DNA of 64,000 bases from Macrostomum hystrix (GCA_950097015.1 CATNEN010000031.1:1488001-1552000), one strand, 5' to 3'; positions 44,557 to 57,010 are shown, counted from the stretch's first letter. The notes: a model not told the origin generated them from the letters alone. Program-made: numbers and translations.

Positions 44557-46823
44557 TCAGAGCGGCGGCAGCTGCGGGTCGATGCCCTGGCCCAGCAGGA
44601 AAGTCTCCTCAAAGCGGCGCCGCATGTGCTCACCGGTCTTGACGGGCGGGAAGCTGTCCGGATCTCCGAGCACCGGCCTGACGACGAACTCCTCGTCGCA
44701 CTGAGTAAAGTACACCAGGCTGTAGCGCGGCTGGGACCGCAGGGTCGGGTCCGTCGGCGCCACCACGCGGTGGCGTGCCGAGTGCAGCCGGCCTCCCGTC
44801 CAGCGCTGCATCAGGTCGCCGATGTTCACCAGAACGTGGCCCTTGCGTGGGGTTGCGTCCAGATAGCGGCCTGACCGAGAAAGCACCTGTGAGAAGATTC
44901 AGCAGTTCTTTATCGAAATAGTATATATATATTGTTTCTTTATTACTATTTTATAAAAACAATGAGTTGCAGCCTTTTTTACAGAAGAGAGGTAAGGTAA
45001 CTAGTGTAGAAAAGAAGACGAGAATTTAAAGTAAAAGGTTAACCTTGTAGGGGATAAAATACAGCCGGTAAAATTATTTTCACGCTATGGCTTATACATT
45101 AACTAAGTCTTTCAGGAAGCGCAATTACAAGTTTAGTTTTCTATTTCTGTTCTGCACCTCGTGAAATTTATGCTTTCATATATGACTAGGTCTTGCAGCT
45201 CTTAACGTCTCGTCAGCCCGGGTCGGACTGGTGAACAATGCACGCAAGACAGAGGTGCTGCACGTGGGCACGGTTACCGCCCCGGCACTTGCCCTACCCA
45301 ACGGAGATGACATCGCTGTGTGCGAGGACTTCCGCTACCTCGGGTCGCTGTCAATGAGCCCGGACACCATCGTCTCCGACAAGAGGAATCAGGCCTGGAG
45401 CGCGGCGCACCTACTCAAGAACGTCTTCAATTCTGCTGCGAGGGACGTCCTGAAGGTGCGCCTCTTCCGCGCGGCCGTGGAACCTATCCTCCTGTACAGC
45501 TTGGAAGCGGTGTCAATGACCGACACGCGAGAGTGGGCCCTATCTGCGCTGTACAGGTCCCTGCTGCGCTACGCCCTGGGCATGCACTACCCGGAGAGGC
45601 TTCCGTCCAGAGACCTGATGGCCCGCGCTATCGTTCCGGACCTGAACGTCACACTGCGCCGGCGCCGCCAGATGCTGCTGGGCCACTGCCTGCGGAGTCA
45701 CGGCCGCGGCGCCCAAATCCCGCTTGCGCTGACCGTCCTGCACCAGCCGACGGAGCGGAAGCGCAGTGGCCAAGGGCGTACTGTTACCCTGACTGACTGT
45801 TTCGTGGCTGACCTGCAGGCGCTGGGACTCAGCCCCGCAGTCCACAGCTGTCTGCCCCTCCCGTCTTTTCTGCGAGCGCGTGCGCGCAAGGGCTCCTTAG
45901 CCTTCTGCGTCTCTCTATCTATCTATCTAACGTCTCGCAAGCTAGCCTGTGGTTGCCGAGTCGAAAGATTTACACTTTGCAGTGTTCTTCGGAGCTTGTG
46001 GTCTATGATTTCCATTTTCTAGACTAGACTAAACTACTGAGTAGAGTCTTCCAGAGCAGACTTAAACAATGCAGTATCAACTCTACTCACCTGCAGTCCG
46101 GGTTGTGAGTCGCAGAACACCAGAGTGAGGGTGCCGTAGTCGGTGTGCTCTCCGCAGCGGTCGCCGCAGACAGTGCCCTCTGTCACCGGAGGCAGTGGCG
46201 GGTAGTGCAGCATCCGCAGCAGACTCGTGTTGCCAGGCGTGGCGTATCCAGCGAACGCCTCTAACAGCTGGTCCGGCGGACTGAGGCCGAGACCGAGCCC
46301 GACCAGCCGCATGAGGCGCAGCACCAGACCCTGAGTTGGTAGTGAGAAGATGTTGGAATTGCAGGTTGAGTTTTTCTAAGCGAATTATCTGAATTTCATT
46401 TGCCCTCACCTGCGCTGCGTGAATGAGCTCCAGCGATGCCTTGCGAATCCCGTCAGAAGGCCACACGGAGTCATCGCAGGCGTGACAGATGTCCAGCGCC
46501 TCCTTCTCATCGGGTGGTGCATCGAGACTGAAGCGCTCAACCGGAGGCTCATCGGGATCACCTGTGGTGGCCCAGTGCGGTGGGATGTAGCCGCAGGTGG
46601 CCTTGCGCCAATCGCGACGGTGGCGCAGCTTCTCGGTCATCGGCTTGTCAAAGAAGCTGAACGACTCGGTGAAGGCGGCAGCCACCGTCTCCTGAGCGAC
46701 GCCGTGGCCAACCACGTAGCAGAATCCGACTGTGGTCAGCGCAGCCACCAGCTGCTCTGCCACAGCCGACTCTGACGCCTGCGACATGTCAATCTCCGGG
46801 ATTTCCTCGGCTTCAGTAGGCAT
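44557..46823 (-). CDS. 2OG/Fe(II) dioxygenase, copy C; exons 46823-46410, 46330-46091, 44886-44557
   Basis: Same motifs and exon sizes. Intron 2 is enlarged by an RTE insertion. Confidence 0.92.
45213..45927 (+). mobile_element. 5'-truncated RTE-clade LINE fragment, antisense within dioxygenase C intron 2
   Basis: RT C-terminal motifs VGLVNNARKTEVL, FRYLGS, LKVRLFRAAVEPILLYSLE, RRRRQMLLGHCLR. It has a (TCTA)n 3' tail and the TSD TAACGTCTCG at 45203-45212 and 45928-45937. Confidence 0.85.
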
Positions 46824-47534
46824 TTTGCAGCTTCTGTTGCGAGCTGTCTGTCAATTGTGTCTCTCTGGCTCTGATTCTCTGTCGCTTGTTTTCTTTCTAG
46901 GCCACGCACTCTGTTTTTTATTGACCACGAACGGTGTGCAATGCGGCGGGGAGGTTGTTGAGCCAAGGGAAGCAAAGCTGTTCTCACCACTGTAGCCAGT
47001 ATGTCTGTTAATTTTGAACAATTTGAAGTTGGCTTTGAACAAGAAGCCTGGCTAAAAAGTACAGTGGTTTGTACAGTACGAGTATGGCCATGTATGCAGA
47101 GGTGTTTCCACTCTAACCCTCCCCAGTGTGGGTGTGCAGACATTAACGAACGTGTGACGAATTGTTTGGCGAGTGGGTCAGCGGCTAACGTCGCTGCCTC
47201 GCACTCCAAAGGACGCTAGTTCGATTCACCCTTCAAGTCACGATTAATTTCGGGACTTGTTGGGGGGTTTGGACAGTAGCGACCGGCGGAGGTGCACCAT
47301 ATTTCGTGCAATCAAAGCTTGAAATAATAGCTTCGCTCCTTACCTTCTGTTCTGTGCCTGTTCTGCGTTGTGTGAGTTGTGTGCGTTGGCGCTGGGGCGT
47401 GAGACCCTGAGGGGGGTGGCTGGAGGGCGGGTGTACACCGCCGCGCGCTTTCTGGACTTCCGTCAGCGCGATTGGATAAGTGTACACTCATCACCCGGCC
47501 CCCCTGAGGACTGATTTCTTATCAGCCTTCCGCC

Positions 47535-47578
47535 CAAAGATTATTTATAGATTTATAGTTGTCTATAAATAATCTTTG
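47535..47578. mobile_element. 44-bp TIR-TIR remnant with 8-bp TSD (P-like excision footprint or micro-MITE)
   Basis: CAAAGATTATTTATAGA + 10 nt + TCTATAAATAATCTTTG, flanked by CTTCCGCC at 47527-47534 and 47579-47586. Confidence 0.75.
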
Positions 47579-48236
47579 CTTCCGCCCTGGCTTGGTCTGC
47601 TATGTGCGTGTGGGGCTGGGGTGGGGGGCACTGCTGCCTATTCTGGGTGCCTACTGCCCTCCCCGGCTGGTCTGTGCTGCTGTGTGTGGTGCCTGCTCAG
47701 GGGAGGCGGCGCGATAGGCGCAAAAGCGCCTAGTTCGCCGGTCTGGCTTGCCGCTCCGTCGCTTGTGCGACAAGTGCCCCGGGCCCCCCTGCAAATAGAT
47801 AGATAGAGAGATGAAGACGAATTGTTTACGCTCAAAGTCGATAAGGCCTTATGTTTTAGTTTCAAACACACAGAAAATCGTATCATGCTAGTCATGTGAC
47901 GCTTTATCGTCTCTTATCAGTAACCGCAGGCATTGAAGAGTATCGTCGTTTATTCTATTGTCACCTACACTCTTCATTTGCTTTCCCAAAGGATTTATTT
48001 TCAGTTTTTATGGGTATTCTAGCTGTGGTGTTCCTGTTAGTTTTGCATTTTTAACTAATCATTGACCGGTTCTTGTTCCATGGCAGGCACTTACACTCAT
48101 TTGGAACGGAAACCGTAGTCTTAATTTCTTGTTAGTTCATTGTGCTTCGGGCCAAATGCTTAACCGTGTGGGGTGGCTGCTTTCACGCCAAACTATGAAC
48201 TTTGATCCAAAACATTATCATTTCGACAGTCTGCAC

Positions 48237-49098
48237 TAGAGATGCCAAAAACCGGCCCTTTTTGAGAACCGGTTAACCGGTTTGAAAACCGCCTTTTATA
48301 AGAAAACCGGTCTTTAAAAACCGGTTTCTGTGCCAAGTTTTTAAAAAGTACTAAATAAGCATAGAAGATAGAACTTATATACAATCGTGAATTTGTTAAA
48401 GGTGTGCGTGCCGATTAATAATAATAAAAGTTTCTTGGAATTATTCATTTTAAATTTGTTATAGTTAGGTTTCGCGGAAATTGAATATCGCGCCAATTCA
48501 AATTTTCCGTGGACTTTCTTCGGAATCGTTCCGTAGCCAATGCGAACTAAATGCGAACTAAAATAAAGACCCAATGCGAACTTAATATAAATTGAGATTT
48601 AGTTCGGATCAGTTCGTAACTAATTCGCGAACTCTTAATTTTGCTGAATAATAACTTTAAACTTAATGATGCACTGGTAGCAATGATTGATTAATTTGAT
48701 GATTTTGGCCAAGGCAAACTGGTCACAGTCTCGAAATGGCGGTACCCTGGGATGGTTAGATTAGAAACGGCGAACCCTTGATGTTTTTATGTTTAGACTT
48801 AGATAGTTTTAGATTAGGCCCCAATTTAGATTTATACTTCAAGTTCAACTTAGATTTAATTTTAAGTTTAATGTTCAATTTGAAAGGACTTAGTAGCGCT
48901 GCCACCACGAAGCAAATTTTGTTACCAGTTATTTTGTCTCCAAAGTGCAAAAATTGTGACTCTGTGAGACATAATTAAAATAAAAAACCCATTAAAAACC
49001 GTCAAAAAACCGGACAAAAAAACCGGGTTTTTTAGAACCGGTTTTCCTGCTAAAAACCTGTTTTTTTAAACCGGTTTAAAAACCGGTTGGCATCCCTA
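48237..49098. mobile_element. Non-autonomous hAT (Ac-like) element, 862 bp
   Basis: TIRs TAGAGATGCC and TAGGGATGCC, many subterminal AACCGG motifs, and a perfect 8-bp TSD GTCTGCAC (48229-48236, 49099-49106). Confidence 0.92.
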
Positions 49099-50561
49099 GT
49101 CTGCACCCCTGATCTGCTCTCTGTACTGTTGAGCAGTGTGTTTGTTTGTGTAAACTGCACGTTCATATACTATTAACATTTAAGATTGACTCATAACGGG
49201 CAGAAACGCGTTGAAAAGAAAGATAGAGTAACAATCTAAGCAGTCTATGTTGAGTTTCGCCTTGAAATTTATTTTCTAATTTTTGCTCCATGCTGTCTGC
49301 TTGTGTTGGACGCAATTGATGTCATTCAGTTTATCTCCGTGGCACCTAACTAATGTGGCGTCGCCGCGGAATCCAGCATAGGGACCTGCCTACTTTAAGT
49401 AGCTAATTGTGCGGATGCAGGCAAGACGAGAACCAACATCCGCCAGGTATTTATTCGCCCATTGTGCAACGCAACCAACAAAGCATTGACAAAACAATTG
49501 GTTGTCAACATAGTGAGCTACTCATTTTGCTTTTTTAAATATTACAGGACCAAAGTGCAAGGTCGATAATTACTTTGACCGTGACAAGAGATTTAGAACT
49601 AGTCAGGAAGGACTATTGTGCTCCGCAGACTAGCCTATTCACTAATTAGTAATCTGAACTGCATCTCCTTAGCCTTAATTTATTAATTTTGCAGCATAGT
49701 TCAGTATGCTGAAGTACAATCATTGTGATAGCCGATTCAGCTGCTTGTCAAACGTCCTTTAGTTGTGGCACCACTGCAAAATGTGCTTTGGCTGTGCTCA
49801 AGAGTGTGATACAATGTGTAGCCACCTGCGCCAGACAGCCATGGATTTGTTGACTGTGGCAACACGCAGTCCTGTGCAAAAGCAGTATGTTTGCTTCTGC
49901 TCACCGCTTTTAGTACGGCAGCGGGTTACCACCCAGCGAAGTTGCCTTAAGTTTTAAGCTTTTAACAGGATTCTTTCTCCTATTTTCTCTCCAAAAAATT
50001 TCTTTGCTCATAATTGACGATATAATATATTAGTTCCCTATGCCAGACACAACCAACAGTCACTGAAGTTAAACAGGAAATGAGGATCGTGCTCTCACCA
50101 TTATTATTGTCATTTTTTATTCTCGCCTTGTTACGACAGGAGGCATAGGACATAGTCGGTATGACATGAGTACAATTATTAGACCTTAGTCAGACATTTT
50201 TACGATGCGTAAGACCTTAGCAAGGTTCAGATGAGGGCTAAGGATTTCTGAAGGAGCATCGTGAATTTTTTCAAAACCAATTCATATAAGGGATGTGTGA
50301 GCAAAGATTGAAAGCCGCCTTGCAGTATAAAATTGCCTGGTTCCTCGACGTTTGTTTGAACTGGGATTTCATCAAACTGGCAGGCAAGACAGAGGAAGCG
50401 TTCACTGTGTGTCTTGGGTGCGGGGTTTCGAGGGTATACTATCAAACAGCCAAGCTCCTCTCAATACTCAATCAAAAAGCTTTCATGATTTAACTGCGAG
50501 AAATCTGTTTGCTTCATCTTCGGTTTTAGGAGACAATAGGGTAGAGTGAAGCTGTAGTAAC

Positions 50562-52030
50562 ATGGTCAGACAGGCTCAAGATGGTCAGACAGCTCTCAAG
50601 ATGGTCAGAAAGCTCTCAAGATGGTCAGACAGTTCTCAAGATGGTCAGACAGCTCTCGCGATGGTCAGACAGCTCTCGCGATGGTCAGACAGCTCTCAAG
50701 GTGGTCAGACAGCTCTCAAGATGGTCAGACAGCTCTCAAGATGGTCAGAAAGCTCTCAAGATGGTCAGACAGTTCTCAAGATGGTCAGACAGCTCTCGCG
50801 ATGGTCAGACAGCTCTCGCGATGGTCAGACAGCTCTCAAGGTGGTCAGACAGCTCTCAAGATGGTCAGACAGTTCTCAAGATGGTCAGACAGCTCTCAAG
50901 ATAGTCAGAAAGCTCTCGCGATGGTCAGACAGCTCTCGCGATGGTCAGACAGCTCTCGCGATGGTCAGACAGCTCTCAAGGTGGTCAGACAGCTCTCACG
51001 ATTATCAGACAGCTCTCGCGATGGTCAGACAGCTCTCGCGATGGTCAGACAGCTCTCGCGATGGTCAGACAGCTCTCAAGGTGGTCAGACAGCTCTCACG
51101 ATTATCAGACAGCTCTCGTGATGGTCAGAAAGCTCTCGCGATGGTCAGACAGCTCTCGCGATGGTCAGACAGCTCTCGCGATGGTCAGACAGCTCTATAG
51201 GTGGTCAGACAGCTCTCGCGATTATCAGACAGCTCTCGCGATGGTCAGACAGCTATCGCGATGGTCAGACAGCTCTCGCGATGGTCAGACAGCTCTCGCG
51301 ATGGTCAGACAGCTCTCGCGATGGTCAGACAGCTCTCAAGATGGTCAGACAGCTCTCAAGATGGTCAGACAGCTCTCGCGATGGTCAGACAGCTCTCAAG
51401 ATGGTCAGATAGTTCTCAAGATGGTCAGACAGCTCTCAAGATGGTCAGAAAGCTCTCGCGATGGTCAGACAGCTCTCCGGATGGTCAGAAAGCTCTCGCG
51501 ATGGTCAGACAGCTCTCGCGATGGTCAGACAGCTCTCGCGATGGTCAGACAGCTCTCCAGATGGTCAGACAGCTCTCGCGATGGTCAGACAGCTCTCGCG
51601 ATGGTCAGAAAGCTCTCGCGATGGTCAGACAGCTCTCGCGATGGTCAGACAGCTCTCGCGATGGTCAGACAGCTCTCGCGATGGTCAGACAGCTCTCGCG
51701 ATGGTCAGACAGCTCTCAAGATGGTCAGACAGCTCTCAAGATGGTCAGACAGCTCTCGCGATGGTCAGACAGCTCTCAAGATGGTCAGATAGTTCTCAAG
51801 ATGGTCAGACAGCTCTCAAGATGGTCAGAAAGCTCTCGCGATGGTCAGACAGCTCTCCAGATGGTCAGAAAGCTCTCGCGATGGTCAGACAGCTCTCGCG
51901 ATGGTCAGACAGCTCTCGCGATGGTCAGACAGCTCTCGCGATGGTCAGACAGCTCTCGCGATGGTCAGACAGCTCTCAAGATGGTCAGACAGCTCTCAAG
52001 ATGGTCAGACAGCTCTCAAGATGGTCAGAT
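50562..52030. repeat. 20-bp minisatellite, ~73 copies
   Basis: Unit ATGGTCAGACAGCTCTC(GCG/AAG). Confidence 0.97.
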
Positions 52031-52545
52031 AGGTCGCATGAATGTGGACGCCACAGAGTGTTTCCTGGGACACTGTACTGTTGTTTTAGATTCCATGTGC
52101 TATGAAATTGAAAATGAAACCGAAATATTTTTGCTTGCAAGCCTGCTTAGATAGACAAAAGAACTGCGCATCGAGTAAGGGAGGCGGCCCGATTTTTGCA
52201 TGGATCTGCTCTGGAAATGAGCTTTCTAAAATAAAAAAAACGCAAAAATGCCAGTATTGTATACTCGTAAAATTTCAATTTAAAATGCAGATCTCTCATC
52301 TCATTGTTTCTCTAAATCCTAAAAGCCCCGCATACTCACGCTGCTACAACGCAATGGCTTAAATAATTTTTCGCTTTTGTCTCCGACTCTCGCAGTTGCC
52401 TTTGATATTTTTCTCCGCATGGTCTTTTTACAGGCGGTGAGTAGAATGTTCTGGACGAGCGTATTGTCGTGTCTTTAGTGAGCAGTGCAGTATTTTTTTT
52501 GCTTATTTTTTTAATTCGAAGTTTTTCTTCTGCTAAACACAAATC

Positions 52546-52750
52546 CGGGGGTTGAGTGGTCTAACCCGTCTGCCTCTCGCACCAAGGTCCCTTGTCTCGA
52601 TTCCGCGGCGAGGCCACATTCATTTGGGGCGCAGCCGCGGAGAGAAGGCTTGGTGGCTTGCCGTGCAGCCGTGCGTCCAACCACCAAGCCACAGTGAGAG
52701 TGTACACTGATTGATGATGAAAAAGTCAAAGCAAATGTACACACCTGCTG
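52546..52750 (+). mobile_element. tRNA-derived SINE copy, 3'-truncated
   Basis: GAGTGGTCTAA A-box-like head, TCTCGATTCC B-box-like motif, GGGGCGCAGCCGCGGAGAG, and GTACACTG..GATGA.AAAGTCA shared with the 37-kb copy. Confidence 0.55.
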
Positions 52751-54724
52751 TCACAAAGGTCATTGTAACTCGGAATAACAAAGCAGACAGACAAGTGCGC
52801 AGCACAAAAGTGCAATTTCGCCAGTCCTCACGCTCAGGCCTCCTGCTGAGGAGCTCCAGCATCCAGTCCCACCCAGAACCCAACTCAGGCACGACTCAAA
52901 TGTTTGTTTACCTAATTAAATTGGCTGGTGAGGCAATGCTGCTGTCTGCAAGAGATAATTGCTCGGAATTCTGAGTCTCGCAACACAACAATCAACAAGC
53001 TGAGACGGCGAGCGGAGAAAGAAAGAATGACGTCAGCGCGGCCCCCAAAGGCTATTTCGAAGGCTTTTATTACAGCAGGTCGGACAATAAGACAGCAATG
53101 ATAGGTGAGTAGAAAATTTGCTTTTACTCAAGTGTCAGCTCTTGGCGATGCAAGGTGTAGGAACTCTGAGCTCGAAAACTCATTGAGGAGGAGGGACTCA
53201 TCTGCTCGGACCACAATAGGCCTGCACTTTCTGCCCCGTGCAGCTGGACGAATGCAGCTTCTGTTACTGTAATATAAAACGGTACGGTAATAAAGAAAAA
53301 ATATGTTTTGGTCACCGCAGACAATTGCAGTCTGCGTCATTGATATTCTTTAATTTTATTTAATTATTTTTTAAGTTATAAATGAGCTTGCGTTGTTTGT
53401 TTGCTTCTCATCTGAATAGTTAATAGCACGAATAGGTGTTGTAGGCAGGTGTGCAAAATGTCGTCTATGCTGCTGCTTCGGGTGGAGCAATGTATTGGCT
53501 CTGAGACAGTCGGATTCTCAGTCAGTCACTTTGCAGTCAAACTCGCTATAGCTTTAATGTGGTACAAAGGGATCTACCAAACTCCAAAGCTGCCACATTT
53601 ACTACGCGACGTGAAAATAAATGCATGGGATGCACGGAGCAGGCAAAATTGGCGTGTAAAGTTGGCTGCGGATTGAAGGCATTGTCGGTGGGTTGTGCCT
53701 CAGGCCATGGCAGCGCGCAGTGAGAACTATAGCAGCTGTCCTTTCATTCTTCATGCTACCACCATCCCTTTAACTGTATAGACTTTCCTTGACACCTCCG
53801 CACGCTAGGAATCCTTGCCTAGGAATCCTTACTCAATCCTCCATTTTTTCTTCACCTGAATCTTCTCCTAGTTTGCGCCTTCATCAGTTGAGCTGAGCTC
53901 AAGCTGTGCTCAGATTCAGAAGTGGGCGCTTCTGAATTTTAATCTTTATCGTGCACTTCAACGGCCAGGTGTAGGCTCTGGGACAGATATATAAGGCGAC
54001 GACAGAGGAAGGTCCTCCGATGATGATGAGAAGGCTCAGTGACAAAAGGCCTTCTTATAGCGGTACAGGAAATCATATTTCGAAGTCTGGGTCAGCTTGA
54101 GTACTTTGCTGGCCTGTCTGGCTTCATTCGGGTGACATTTTGGTCAGCTATTATTTGTTGCATAATTAATTTAGAAATTTAATTGTGCGCCAGTCTGCTC
54201 AAGTAGCAAGTCTGAGTCTATTGCTGTGAGGAGTGATATAATAAGTTGGTACAGAGAACAGTGAACGCTGTAACTTTTCTGGTAGAGTCGTTGTGCTGCG
54301 GGTAATTGGATTCAGCGGGCCAAAAAAATGCACTACAGAAGTGAAACTGGTACACATATTTTGGAAGAGCGTCAGTATAATTAATTGGCTTTGAGCTGAT
54401 ATTGTATTATAGATCGTATGCGAGCCGGGCTTGTCAGAGACATTACAGATTCATCAAACACTTTGCAGAATAGATTGTGAACTATTACATTCACAATCGC
54501 TTATGGTTGGCAGTATTTGCAGAGCCATTATAACATGAGTGCAAAAACTTAAGCAACTTTATCAGGCATTGAATAATGATTCTGTATAACAATTATCTAA
54601 ATTAGACAGTCAATTTAAAAGAATCAAGTTGCACTGGGTGCAGAAGAAAATATAAAATATTATCACATCAAATCTGAGCATAAGTACAAGCAGAAAGCAA
54701 TGCTTTAGTTGAATCAGTAAACGA

Positions 54725-57010
54725 TCAGGCGAATGCTCCGCGCACTGGCGGCCAAATCTCTTCCGTGTCGTAAATTGTCGTGCACTCGATGACCCGACCC
54801 TCATCCAGCTCCCGTTGGCGATGCTTGAGCAGCCGTTGAACCTCTTTGACAACAAACCGCTCGGATGTTTTAATGTCGCGGCAGGAGCTCTCTGTGGCGC
54901 GGTTGAACGGGAAAGCCAGGCGTAGGGCGCCGAACTGCTTCGGCAGCCGCTTCCACTGCTTTGTGATTGGAAGATCACCGTAGGGACTGTTCGAGGCCTT
55001 CCACTCCTCTTCCTGACGACGGCGCTCCTGCTCTCCAGTGTCCAGCGCCTCCTGCAACTCCTGCTCTTGCTCATGCTGCTGATATCTTTGCTCGTCGCTG
55101 CCAAAGCGGCCATTGCTGCGCAAACGTCTGGCACTCTGAGGAACTCGACGGCTGAGCTGTCCGGCTGTTCTGAAACCTTTGACCGAGTCCACATCCGCTT
55201 CAGACTCGGCCGCTTCTGACTCTGCGTCGCCGGGTTCACGAAGCGCGTGAGGATCTCGCTCTGCCAGGAGGCGTAGTCTAGATGCCTTTGGCAACGGCGG
55301 ACGTCTTGTTGCTGCTGTCAGCGTCGGCTTTGACATCGCTGTCGGGGGCGGCAGCGGAGCCAGTGAGCTGATTCGCTGCTGATTTTGCTGGCTGCGAAGT
55401 AACGCTGCCCTGTTAATGCGGACCGGCTGGCCGATGCTCTTTCGTCTGAAAAGCTGCTGCTGCTGCTGTTCATCCGGCTCCTCGGCTGCCGAATCGGGCA
55501 CTAAGCTGGTTTCACTTTCACCTTCGTCTGGAGATCCTGGCGTCTGAATCGATGGCAAATTTGGAATTGATCTAGACATTCGTTGCATTTGTTGATTCAG
55601 CTGCTGCTGAATCGGCTGGTGACGCGCCGATCGCTGGCGACTTCGCAGAAGCTCCTCGAAGCCCCCGTAGGAAGACGCATTGCGACTGAGCCCTGGCAGC
55701 GAGGGTTGTGACAGTTCGGTCGGTGGTTTAGCCAACTCTTCAATAGACTCAAGCAGGCTGCAGCGAGACTCGCTGGCCCGCATGCTGTCGGTGCGGGTGA
55801 CGCCGCGAGACAGGTTGCCGCTCGAGCGCTGTCGGCGCAGCGACTTGGCCGAGCTGCTGCCGCTGGCGATACCGCTGTCCATGCTCTGCAGACTCAGGCG
55901 CTTCTCCTTGCCGGGCGCCTGCCGTCCGCCTCGGCTCTGCAGCTTGTCGGACTCCGTGAAGCACATCATATCGAAAACACCGTTGAGCATCTCACGCTTC
56001 ACCTGAGCGTCCACTGGACAGTCGATGTTGAGTGCCGGACTGAAATTTACCTCCAGTAGCCAGGGCTTGAGATTTGCATCGAGGAGGATGTCAAAGCCGT
56101 ACAGCTCGTAGCAGTTCCCACTTGACACCGTGGCAGATTTCGCCTGCGCCATCAAAGCCAGTACGATGATGGCGGTGACGCGACCGAAGATTACTCGGTC
56201 GTTGACACCGTGCCCATAAAGATAGTTTCTCAGACTGCTCAAACTCCATTTACAGCCCTCGCCAATGCCCATTTTGGCGGATTCGTACGACGGCCCAGTG
56301 ACATTAATACTGGTATTTGTGATGTGGCTGTACACATTGCACAGATTCTTCAGGTCATACTTTTCGGTACCAAACCGAACTAGACCCTCTTTGCAGATGT
56401 AGATAATCAAAGGCTTGAAGGAGACCACAACAGCATACAACCGGAGGTCGAACTTGTACCCACTGATAAGATAGGGATTGGACACGTACTCCTGCACAAT
56501 GGACTTCTCACTGTATCGCAGTTCACCAATGTCGTTGAACACGAAGATGCCCCGACCGCGACTAAGGTCTGCCGGCTTGAAAATCCAGAAGTTCGTTGCC
56601 TTCTTCTCCCTATTGTCAGCGAATTTCTGCTGAAACTGGCGCTCTTCTCGTGGCATTAGATAGGTGCTTGGAACAAAGTCAATCACCGTCTTGCCAAAGG
56701 TGCACTGCAAGATCTTCATCTCGCGGTGTAGGCCATCTTTAGTGGTGATGAGCGAGTTGCTTCCTATCTGGTGGTGATTGAGCCGTTGCCAGCTCTGCAG
56801 CTTCTCGAAATCAGACGCGCGAAAGCGTCCAATCTTCCACCAGAGGTTCCAATCGTTGGGCCCGTGCTCGCTTGGATCGAACTCGACCCAGTCGCGCTCT
56901 TCGCAGACCTCGCGCACAATGTCCGGCACGCCGGCGCCATCCGCCTGGAAGCGGACAACTATGCGACGGGCTTCGCTTTCCGTCGGCTCGGCAACTGACT
57001 GGTGCAGCAT
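54725..57010 (-). CDS. TTLL2: Tubulin tyrosine ligase-like protein 2 (probable polyglutamylase), single long coding exon, ~761 aa; exact start uncertain
   Basis: WNLWW, WQRLNHH, WIFKPADLSRGRGIFVF, IVQEYVSNPYLISGYKFDLRLY, EGLVRFGTEKY, HITNTSIN, GCKWSL, YELYGFDILLDANLKPWLLEVNFSPAL. The LNHH, SRGRGI and CKW pattern is typical of TTLL2. Confidence 0.88.
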   Translation of the reverse strand: MLHQSVAEPTESEARRIVVRFQADGAGVPDIVREVCEERDWVEFDPSEHGPNDWNLWWKIGRFRASDFEKLQSWQRLNHHQIGSNSLITTKDGLHREMKILQCTFGKTVIDFVPSTYLMPREERQFQQKFADNREKKATNFWIFKPADLSRGRGIFVFNDIGELRYSEKSIVQEYVSNPYLISGYKFDLRLYAVVVSFKPLIIYICKEGLVRFGTEKYDLKNLCNVYSHITNTSINVTGPSYESAKMGIGEGCKWSLSSLRNYLYGHGVNDRVIFGRVTAIIVLALMAQAKSATVSSGNCYELYGFDILLDANLKPWLLEVNFSPALNIDCPVDAQVKREMLNGVFDMMCFTESDKLQSRGGRQAPGKEKRLSLQSMDSGIASGSSSAKSLRRQRSSGNLSRGVTRTDSMRASESRCSLLESIEELAKPPTELSQPSLPGLSRNASSYGGFEELLRSRQRSARHQPIQQQLNQQMQRMSRSIPNLPSIQTPGSPDEGESETSLVPDSAAEEPDEQQQQQLFRRKSIGQPVRINRAALLRSQQNQQRISSLAPLPPPTAMSKPTLTAATRRPPLPKASRLRLLAERDPHALREPGDAESEAAESEADVDSVKGFRTAGQLSRRVPQSARRLRSNGRFGSDEQRYQQHEQEQELQEALDTGEQERRRQEEEWKASNSPYGDLPITKQWKRLPKQFGALRLAFPFNRATESSCRDIKTSERFVVKEVQRLLKHRQRELDEGRVIECTTIYDTEEIWPPVRGAFA

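Noticed and set aside
38730-46823. Dioxygenases as bacterial contamination
   Set aside because: Each has two GT-AG introns at conserved positions and eukaryotic TE insertions. Ancient HGT is not excluded.
1-52030. Direct-repeat arrays as CRISPR loci
   Set aside because: All arrays are head-to-tail with no unique spacers, there are no cas genes, and the context is eukaryotic.
50562-52154. Overlapping MVRQLSRWSDSS ORFs
   Set aside because: A 20-bp unit gives the same peptide in every frame. There are no dibasic or amidation signals, unlike the 28.8-kb repeat.
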